Shown here piece by piece: positions 28,924 through 36,039 of a stretch of DNA of 59,062 nt (positions within the stretch are counted from its first letter, which is position 1; every line of letters begins with the position of its first letter). Under the pieces are notes generated by a model, which was given only the letters and a program-made list of their open reading frames with translations, did no database searches and was not told the DNA's origin. The stretch is from the IMG/VR virus record IMGVR_UViG_3300020178_000191, positions 1 through 59,062 of that record; one strand, written 5' to 3'. Origin of the DNA: a virus (Duplodnaviria; Caudoviricetes). The position numbers and the translations under genes are program-made.

Positions 28924-29733
28924 TGCTGGTTTATAATTCATAATTAATACTTCTTTACCTTTACCAGCGCCTTTGTTTTTACTAGCGTTTTGTTTATTAA
29001 ATTCTTTTTCTATCCAAGTGTATTGATCTTTTGGAAACCACTTTTGTAAATCTGGAAAGTCATAATAAGACAATACAAATTTACCTTTTATTTCTTTTAG
29101 TTTATTGGCCAGGTCTTCGTGCTGGCTTCTTTGAAAGTCTTTTACATAGTAATCTTCCATTTTATAGTATGGAGGATCAACATAAAATAATGTATCTTCT
29201 TTATCATACATATTAATAACTGTTTCATATGATTCGTTATGAATATGATTTATGCCTTTAATAAAATATAACCATTTTTTATCACTAATTTTATCTATAA
29301 AATGTTGATACTTTGATTTATATTTACCTTTTAAATTTACAAACTTTGTTTTTTCATTTAGAGTATCACCACTAAAACTTTGAGTTTGTAGGTAGATATA
29401 TTTTGTGGCTCTTTCAATATCACCTAGTTCAAAGTCTGTATTAAATGGTATTAAATCTGATTTAAATTGATTAAAAATTTCTTCTTGTTGTGGTTCATAT
29501 GACAATAAAGATTTTAAAAATTCTCTATCTTTATGTCTGGCACAATGAAATATATTTGCTATATCTCTATTAAAATCATTATATACATTTGTATGAGCCT
29601 GATCTATTTGGTGGTTGGCCACAAAATAAACCCAATAGGCACCACCAAATGGTTCAACATAAGTATTATGTTTTGGAAAGTTGGAGGCAATCCATTTTGC
29701 CTGAAACTTTTTACCACCAAGATAACTAAACAC
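28909..29733 (-). CDS. Dam/D12-class N6-adenine DNA methyltransferase
   Basis: SYLGGK, YVEPFGG, VYND, FYVDPPY, FVLSY. Confidence 0.9.
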   Translation of the reverse strand: MFSYLGGKKFQAKWIASNFPKHNTYVEPFGGAYWVYFVANHQIDQAHTNVYNDFNRDIANIFHCARHKDREFLKSLLSYEPQQEEIFNQFKSDLIPFNTDFELGDIERATKYIYLQTQSFSGDTLNEKTKFVNLKGKYKSKYQHFIDKISDKKWLYFIKGINHIHNESYETVINMYDKEDTLFYVDPPYYKMEDYYVKDFQRSQHEDLANKLKEIKGKFVLSYYDFPDLQKWFPKDQYTWIEKEFNKQNASKNKGAGKGKEVLIMNYKPALTLE

Positions 29734-31138
29734 TAACTTTCACCTTTTTTGTACCTGTTTTCCAGTTATCTATATCTGTCTGAATAACCGTATTATCTAT
29801 TGAAGTATCACCTGTATCTCTATAAGAATTTACGTGTCCTTTATGATATTCTTTTGTTTGTAATTTTGATAAATCAATATCTTTTCCTTCTGGTGTTTTA
29901 AAGTTATCTCTGGCAGCCACAGCTAGTTTATCACTATCATTGACAACTCTTTTTGAATCCATTTTAATAAAGTATTCATCAACATCAAGTTTTTCCATAA
30001 TCATCTGATTTCTTTTAACATTGTTGGCTGCTTGTCTGCCACCTACCATTGTTTCAAACGATTTAGGGTCACCTTTACCACAAGGATATGGAGTTTTATC
30101 TCTTAATAAATCACCTACTACTTTTACATAGTGATTAATAAAAGCGTCTTCTTTACCTGGTTTAATTTCTTTTTTATCATTTTTTAAATCTATGAAAATT
30201 ATCCATAAATCAAAGATAGAGTTTCTATTAGGTATAGCATTTAAATCACCTTTTGATACCCAACTCATAAACTGATTAAATCTTTTTTTAAATAGATTTA
30301 TGTTTTGATCTACTTCGGAACCAATTCTATACATAGAATTTAATGAAGCTGGTGATATTGTTGTTTCAGCACCTTCAAAAAATACGTGGCACATACCAGC
30401 AATAAAATCATCTAAGCCTCTTCTATTTTGTTGTTCTGGTGTAAACCATTTAGTAAGTGAATTAAAGAATCTATCTTTATGTTGTTCAGCTAATTCTCTA
30501 ATTACATTAGCAACATCACTAGTTCTAGCATTTCTTTTTTCAGGTTCATTCAAAGGTTTACCGTCATTAATTCTAGTAAACACTTCGGATAATTCTTCTC
30601 TCGTTGTATCTGTATATATTTCTAAATTTACTCTTGCTTCTAAAAATGCTGATACAATTGCTTTAGGTAAAGTTGTTTTTGTATAATCAACTTCATTTTT
30701 TTCTCTATCAAAAACAAGTTTATCATTTAAATCAGTTTTAATTTTAAAAATATTACCCTCAATTTCGTAAGTTCCTTCTTCAACACCAAAACTACCGTCA
30801 ATAAAACCTACAATATTGATTGTTCTATTATTAGAATCTAAATTTAAATATGTAACACCAGCGTCTAGCCATTTTTGGAAATATTCTTCATCTATTTTTG
30901 ATTCTCTTTCAATAGCAGATTTTAAACACTTTTCAACATCACAAAATATAAATTTACTAGGTGCCATATTTCTAATTGTAGAAGTCATATAACTAGAGCC
31001 TTGCTCTATTTTCCACCTTGTAAATTCATTTGCTTGAAAGGCCTTGTCGGCTGCTTGATTTGGTTCTACCCTTTTGATAAAATCCAACATTGGTACTTCT
31101 TCAGTATCAGATTTCACTTGTCTAAAAATAATACTCAT
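29726..31138 (-). CDS. DUF262 (ParB-like) + C-terminal HNH-like protein (GmrSD-like)
   Basis: LDSNNR (DGQQR-like), VFTRINDGKPLN, HKGHVNSY...GDTSIDN. Confidence 0.6.
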   Translation of the reverse strand: MSIIFRQVKSDTEEVPMLDFIKRVEPNQAADKAFQANEFTRWKIEQGSSYMTSTIRNMAPSKFIFCDVEKCLKSAIERESKIDEEYFQKWLDAGVTYLNLDSNNRTINIVGFIDGSFGVEEGTYEIEGNIFKIKTDLNDKLVFDREKNEVDYTKTTLPKAIVSAFLEARVNLEIYTDTTREELSEVFTRINDGKPLNEPEKRNARTSDVANVIRELAEQHKDRFFNSLTKWFTPEQQNRRGLDDFIAGMCHVFFEGAETTISPASLNSMYRIGSEVDQNINLFKKRFNQFMSWVSKGDLNAIPNRNSIFDLWIIFIDLKNDKKEIKPGKEDAFINHYVKVVGDLLRDKTPYPCGKGDPKSFETMVGGRQAANNVKRNQMIMEKLDVDEYFIKMDSKRVVNDSDKLAVAARDNFKTPEGKDIDLSKLQTKEYHKGHVNSYRDTGDTSIDNTVIQTDIDNWKTGTKKVKVSV

Positions 31139-31174
31139 AATATAATAACCTCCACAGTTTATTTTTTATAATAT

Positions 31175-31217
31175 AATTATAACATAAAAAAGGCGGAAAG
31201 TCAAGCTCTCCGCCTTC
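31175..31217 (-). terminator. intrinsic terminator after hsp20, overlapping a sigma70 promoter for the DUF262 gene
   Basis: Minus strand AAGGCGGAGAG-CTTGA-CTTTCCGCCTTTTTT; TTGACT-N17-TATAAT is embedded in it. Confidence 0.65.
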
Positions 31218-31228
31218 TATTTTACTAT

Positions 31229-31675
31229 TTACTTAATATTAATTGTTCTTGGTTTTTTAGACTCTGGAACAATTCTTTCTAAAGACACTTTTAAAAGACC
31301 ATCTTTTAATTCAGCGCCTTTAACTTCAACATCATCAGCGATTGTAAAAGATTTAGAGAAATATCTTTTAGCGATACCTTTATGGATTACTCCATCCTCG
31401 TCTTTGTCTTTAGTTGCTTCTACAGCTGATTTAATATTTAAGACACCATCTTCCATATTGATTTCAATATCTTTTTTACTGAAACCAGCAAGTGCTAGTT
31501 CAATATTGTAAGTAAAGTTACCTGTCTTTACGATATTGTATGGTGGATAGTTATATCTAACCATTTCGTTGAAATTATGGTCGTCCATCATTCTTTCAAA
31601 GTGGTCGAACACGTTATCAAACCCAACGGTTACCGGTCTTAATTGATTAAAAATAGAAAGTGCTTTATTAGTCAT
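31229..31675 (-). CDS. small heat-shock protein Hsp20 (IbpA-like)
   Basis: NYPPYNI, ELALAGF, HKGIAKR, LKDGLL. Confidence 0.95.
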   Translation of the reverse strand: MTNKALSIFNQLRPVTVGFDNVFDHFERMMDDHNFNEMVRYNYPPYNIVKTGNFTYNIELALAGFSKKDIEINMEDGVLNIKSAVEATKDKDEDGVIHKGIAKRYFSKSFTIADDVEVKGAELKDGLLKVSLERIVPESKKPRTINIK

Positions 31676-31729
31676 ATTTTCCTCCTTATTAAAGCAAGTT
31701 AATTTAAGAGCCCATTATGGCGCTCTTGT
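31676..31729 (-). promoter_or_regulatory. ROSE-like RNA thermometer in the hsp20 5' UTR
   Basis: 5' hairpin AAGAGCGCCATAATGGGCTCTT, then CTTGCT-TTAATA-AGGAGG (UUGCU pairing with the SD). Confidence 0.55.
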
Positions 31730-31734
31730 TATTA

Positions 31735-31762
31735 ATATAAGTATGAATTTCTACCTTTCAAG
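31735..31762 (-). promoter_or_regulatory. RpoH (sigma32) promoter, alphaproteobacterial type
   Basis: CTTG-N17-CTTATAT. Confidence 0.6.
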
Positions 31763-31787
31763 TGGTCAAAAATGTCACACTCAATAT

Positions 31788-31795
31788 TATTTATA
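31788..31795 (-). promoter_or_regulatory. T4 late promoter TATAAATA upstream of hsp20
   Basis: Exact consensus in intergenic DNA. Confidence 0.55.
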
Positions 31796-31796
31796 A

Positions 31797-31936
31797 TGGT
31801 AGTTTCTTTTATCACGGAGTGAAACTACCAAACTTCACCGTTTTTGCGACACCGATAAATTTTATCGGGTTTTTACGCCGTTAGGACTTACGAGCCGCCT
31901 AACAATAATATATATACATCAACACAGGCGTAAAAT
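31797..31936 (-). ncRNA. candidate multi-stem structured RNA
   Basis: Four or five stems in a GC-enriched intergenic region (TTTTACGCC/GGCGTAAAA, GTTAGG/CCTAAC, CCGATAAA/TTTATCGG, TGGTAGTTTC/GAAACTACCA); strand inferred. Confidence 0.45.
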
Positions 31937-32146
31937 CTAAAAACCTCTTTGTTGTTTTAACTTCTTTTGTTGTTTTTTAAAGTTAGCAATACCTTCTTTT
32001 TTCTTACGTCTTTTTATTTCTGACGGTTTTTCATAGTATTGTTTTGCTTTTAAAATTTTTAACTGGCCATCTTTTTGTACTTTTTTCTTAAGCACTCTCA
32101 TAGCCTGTTCTAAATTACCGTTTCTTACTTGTATAGTTATTGACAA
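31937..32146 (-). CDS. rpsU: ribosomal protein bS21
   Basis: VRNGNLEQAMRVLKKK...YYEKPSE; TTG start after GGAGG. Confidence 0.9.
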   Translation of the reverse strand: MSITIQVRNGNLEQAMRVLKKKVQKDGQLKILKAKQYYEKPSEIKRRKKKEGIANFKKQQKKLKQQRGF

Positions 32147-32170
32147 AATGTTTTTACCTCCTCTCCTGTA

Positions 32171-32220
32171 AGTGTAGATAAAATGGTGGAGGGCACAACC
32201 CCTCCACCTAGGACTACACT
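32171..32220 (-). terminator. GC-rich hairpin between cobS and rpsU (terminator or structured leader)
   Basis: GGTGGAGGG/CCCTCCACC stem nested in AGTGTAG/CTACACT. Confidence 0.5.
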
Positions 32221-32233
32221 ATGTGTGATAGAT

Positions 32234-33466
32234 TTAGATAACTTCGTCATCCGACTCACTATCATTGTCATCCGTTTGAGCTTCTACTTCAGCTTTTCTT
32301 TGGTCTTCTATAATGTCTTCGACACTAGCGCCAGAGTCAACTTTTGTATATAACTCAACAAACGAATTTTTTGTATCATCATCAAATCTATTAGTACACA
32401 TTTGAATTGCTTTCATCTTATTGTCAAAGATTGAATACGCTTGTGTAATGTGGACTAATCTTCTGGTAGAGATAATCTCATCAACACCACCATCAAAGTA
32501 GGTTTTTCTAATCACATCTGCCCACGTTGTTAACTTGTCAACGAATTTGGCATCTGATTTACCATAAGACTTTAATGTATTGTTAAGTATCTTTTTTTCA
32601 ATACTAACACTTGGATATTTCTGCTCAAAGGTAATTGGAAATCTTTCCAAAAACGCCTCGTTAAGAACATTGGTACCGATAAACTTACCGTCTTCGGATC
32701 CTTGCCCTTTAGTGTTAGCAGTAGCAATCACATTGAAGCCTTGAGCTGGTTTAACATACTTGTTAATTTTTTTAACAAACACACCAGAACCTTCTAGGAT
32801 TGGTTGTAAACACATAATCTTATTACTTGCTAAGTCAATCTCATCAAGTAGAAGAAGAGCGCCTCTTTCCATCGCTTCAATTACCGGACCGTTTTGCCAT
32901 ACAGTTTGGCCATCTTTAAGTCTGTAACCACCTAATAGATCGTCCTCATCTGTTTCAATTGTAATGTTAACTCTTATTAATTCTTTTTTAGCCTCGGCAC
33001 AAGCTTGAGTAACACCCATAGTTTTACCGTTACCAGACAAACCAGTAATAAACACAGGATAGAACCTGTTAGATTTAATAATTGATTTTAAATCTGGATA
33101 GTTACCAAAACTAACGAACACAGGATCTTTTTTAGGTACGATATTACCTGTCAAAGATGAAACCACATAAGCGGCCTCTTTTTTAGTTTCATTATCAGGG
33201 GTTAATATTTTTTCATTATCAGTATCAGCTTCTTTTACTTTTACTGATTTAGCTTCGCCATCAACTGGCAGTTTAAATAAAGACTTACCAACTTTGTAAT
33301 CTTTATTTTTAATTAACCATTGTGGAGCGTATTTACAACCAAACTTAGCGTTGGCTTCTTTTAACTCTCCTACAGTTAATTGTGATTTGCCAAACTTCTC
33401 TAAAGCGTGTTTAACAAATTCTTGTTGTTTAGTATTTAACATAATGTACTCCTTTTTTGTTTTCAT
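32234..33466 (-). CDS. cobS: CobS-like MoxR-family AAA+ ATPase
   Basis: GLSGNGKT, LLLDEID, ATANTKG, AFLERF, ISTRRL. Confidence 0.88.
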   Translation of the reverse strand: MKTKKEYIMLNTKQQEFVKHALEKFGKSQLTVGELKEANAKFGCKYAPQWLIKNKDYKVGKSLFKLPVDGEAKSVKVKEADTDNEKILTPDNETKKEAAYVVSSLTGNIVPKKDPVFVSFGNYPDLKSIIKSNRFYPVFITGLSGNGKTMGVTQACAEAKKELIRVNITIETDEDDLLGGYRLKDGQTVWQNGPVIEAMERGALLLLDEIDLASNKIMCLQPILEGSGVFVKKINKYVKPAQGFNVIATANTKGQGSEDGKFIGTNVLNEAFLERFPITFEQKYPSVSIEKKILNNTLKSYGKSDAKFVDKLTTWADVIRKTYFDGGVDEIISTRRLVHITQAYSIFDNKMKAIQMCTNRFDDDTKNSFVELYTKVDSGASVEDIIEDQRKAEVEAQTDDNDSESDDEVI

Positions 33467-33472
33467 TGGTAT

Positions 33473-33500
33473 ATCCTATCATAACCATCATAGAAGTCAA
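33473..33500 (-). promoter_or_regulatory. early promoter, TAGGAT class
   Basis: TATAGGC-TTGACT-N16-TAGGAT. Confidence 0.55.
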
Positions 33501-33531
33501 GCCTATAAAAAGCATAGTAAAATCAACCATT

Positions 33532-35841
33532 TTAAGCAACCTCCTCTATGAATTTGTTTAATAACGATCTGGAAACGATTCGGCCTTTCATTGATTTACT
33601 GAATAACTGTTTAATCTTACCAGCTTTCATACCGTCATTTACTGCTGAAAGGTCAGTATTCTCAACCGCCATTGTTTTACCATTTAATAAAAAGTATCTA
33701 TTGTAACCTGGTTTGTTAACATCAGCTACTTTTTCTTTATTAAATTTATTTTTAAGAGCTTGTAATTTATTGTGTTTATCATTCCAATCTTTGTATTTAC
33801 CGATCATACCTTCTAGTTCCCACATTCTGTTTAATCTTTTAACAACATAGAAACCAATTGTATTAATATTGTACTGAGATTTTAAAACATCTAACAATAA
33901 AGTAGTCATTTGGCCAGAAAAATAATTATCTTCAACTGTATATTGTTTTTTACCCATTGTGATAACTGGCGTACCAGCTGATGTTTTTTCTACACCTAAA
34001 CCTTTTTCAGTATTAACAACTTTTTCAGTACCATAATTTGAATTAGCGCCGCCATCTGTTAATGTAATAAATGTCATTTTTTCAATGTTATATTTCTTTT
34101 TAAACATTGGTACAATTTTATTCATAACAACTAAAGCTTCGTTTAAAGGTGTAGTACCTAACCAAAATTCTTTTGGAATATCAAATCTATCACCTTTGTA
34201 ATAGTAACTATCCATATAGCTTCTGTTAGTGTATCTATCCTCATAATATAAACCCATATGATATAAGTACATTAAAGACTCATCTAAATCAGTTTTTTTC
34301 ATTCTGTGGCTGGCAATATTAATTAGATTAAAATTATCAAATAAACCATCACCGTGTTTTAAATTCCAAGTTTTTGATTTTATATTAATTCTGTTACCTT
34401 TATCATCATAGTCATATGATCTTAATTGTCTATCGCCGTCCATTTCACTAGTAAATAGGTAAACTTCATAAGGTATATTAATTTTTTGGCAGAACCATAC
34501 TAGATTTAAAAGTTGATCAATTGTCTGTTTAATAACATCACACATTGAACCAGACCAATCTAATAACATCATCATACCGTGGTTTTTTTCATTTGGTAAG
34601 ATAGTTAATCTTTTAAAGATGTCGTCACTAAATTTGTAATCTTTTAATTTAAGAGGATCAATAACACCAGTTTTATCTGTACTTGCTCTTTTGTAAGCTG
34701 TAGCAGATTTTTTCATTTCAAATTCTTTAACTAGGTAGTTAACAGTTTTTTTGTTATCGTTTTTAAATTGTTTAAAGTTATCTTTTAACCAATTAATATA
34801 TTCAATTCTTTTATTATGCTCATAAGAATAATATTCATTCTTTTTAAAAGCATATTCTTTCCATTTTTTAACCCAATCTTTGCCTGATACCATAACATTT
34901 TTTAGATTTGGTTCTGGTAAATTAAAGTAAGTATATTTTGTTTTGCCGTCTAATAACTTTTCTTTGTTTTTTTCGTAAGATGAATCTGTAATAGCAACTA
35001 ATTTTTGAGGATCCACACCACCGTCACCACCAGCACCATCAGTATTGTAAGAATTGGCTTCTTTACCATTCTCATCATCTTCAATATTCTCATCTGATTT
35101 GTTTGCTTGTGATTCTTGGTCGCCATCATTACCATTATCGTTGTCTGAATTGTTACTTTCAATATCTGAATTACCATCTTTAGTATTAACATTATTATCT
35201 GAATCTTGCTCATCATCTAAATTGTAGTTTTCAACTAAAGGGTGAGTATCAAAATCTGGCAATTTTTTCATTTGTTCAATTTGATCTTTTTGCCAGTTTA
35301 ACATCTCTTTAGCTAACTTAACAACTTGATTAAAAGTTTTAAGAGCGTCAACTTTAGTTAACCAATTTTTTTCTTCACTTGAAAATTTAAAATTAATTCT
35401 ATTCATTGACTTTGATCTCATATTAATTTTATCAATTAACATCAAATCAGTATTAATATCTTTACCTCTCAAACCAAAGAAGTTTTGTTTTTCCATAATA
35501 TCAAAACCATTAAGATAATTTCTAACTACACCTGGATATTTTTTTTGAATTAACTTGTCAATTCTAGTATCTTCTAAAACATTTACATAAGCTCTTAACT
35601 CATCATCACCTGAAATCTTAGTCCAACCATCTGTTGGTGTAAATAAAGCGTGAGAACATTCGTGTGCTATTAACATATCATAAACATCACCACTTTGTAC
35701 TTTAAAGATTGGTAATGTTAAGATACGATTAACAGTATCAAAACTTGCTGTCTTAACTTGATTATGTTGAATTATAATATTTTCAGTAGCAATCAATTTT
35801 GCTAACTGTGATTTAGTGTCTATGTTTATTTGTGTAGTCAT
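33532..35841 (-). CDS. CobT-like protein (HExxH domain + acidic linker + vWA)
   Basis: AHECSH, NVLEDTRI, LLDWSGSM, GTTPL, LTDG; partner of the adjacent CobS. Confidence 0.8.
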   Translation of the reverse strand: MTTQINIDTKSQLAKLIATENIIIQHNQVKTASFDTVNRILTLPIFKVQSGDVYDMLIAHECSHALFTPTDGWTKISGDDELRAYVNVLEDTRIDKLIQKKYPGVVRNYLNGFDIMEKQNFFGLRGKDINTDLMLIDKINMRSKSMNRINFKFSSEEKNWLTKVDALKTFNQVVKLAKEMLNWQKDQIEQMKKLPDFDTHPLVENYNLDDEQDSDNNVNTKDGNSDIESNNSDNDNGNDGDQESQANKSDENIEDDENGKEANSYNTDGAGGDGGVDPQKLVAITDSSYEKNKEKLLDGKTKYTYFNLPEPNLKNVMVSGKDWVKKWKEYAFKKNEYYSYEHNKRIEYINWLKDNFKQFKNDNKKTVNYLVKEFEMKKSATAYKRASTDKTGVIDPLKLKDYKFSDDIFKRLTILPNEKNHGMMMLLDWSGSMCDVIKQTIDQLLNLVWFCQKINIPYEVYLFTSEMDGDRQLRSYDYDDKGNRINIKSKTWNLKHGDGLFDNFNLINIASHRMKKTDLDESLMYLYHMGLYYEDRYTNRSYMDSYYYKGDRFDIPKEFWLGTTPLNEALVVMNKIVPMFKKKYNIEKMTFITLTDGGANSNYGTEKVVNTEKGLGVEKTSAGTPVITMGKKQYTVEDNYFSGQMTTLLLDVLKSQYNINTIGFYVVKRLNRMWELEGMIGKYKDWNDKHNKLQALKNKFNKEKVADVNKPGYNRYFLLNGKTMAVENTDLSAVNDGMKAGKIKQLFSKSMKGRIVSRSLLNKFIEEVA

Positions 35842-35848
35842 ACTGTAT

Positions 35849-35877
35849 ATCCTATATTATTTTATTAAAAATGTCAA
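35849..35877 (-). promoter_or_regulatory. early promoter, TAGGAT class
   Basis: TATAGGC-TTGACA-N17-TAGGAT, 7 nt before the ATG. Confidence 0.6.
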
Positions 35878-35890
35878 GCCTATAAATTTT

Positions 35891-35950
35891 GTAGAAAGCG
35901 GCTAGCAAGAAAGAAAAAAAATGAGAAATAAAACAACTAACCGCTTTCAT
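35891..35950 (-). ncRNA. candidate ~60-nt hairpin sRNA with pyrimidine-rich loop
   Basis: 13-bp stem GAAAGCGGTTAGT/GCTAGCCGCTTTC, 29-nt loop, own promoter. Confidence 0.5.
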
Positions 35951-35956
35951 AGGATA

Positions 35957-35985
35957 ATCCTAACGCAAAACGCTTTAAAAGTCAA
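35957..35985 (-). promoter_or_regulatory. early promoter, TAGGAT class
   Basis: GGC-TTGACT-N17-TAGGAT. Confidence 0.6.
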
Positions 35986-36022
35986 GCCATTAAATTTTGT
36001 TGATTTTACTTACTTTTTAAAA

Positions 36023-36037
36023 GAACAGAACCAGAAC
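36023..36037. promoter_or_regulatory. alphaproteobacterial LexA-box-like motif
   Basis: GAAC-agaacca-GAAC in intergenic DNA. Confidence 0.45.
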
Positions 36038-36039
36038 AC

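Noticed and set aside
32234-35841. Cobalamin biosynthesis role for cobS/cobT
   Set aside because: No cobN or other cob genes; MoxR AAA+/vWA pairs are generic chaperone modules in T4-like phages
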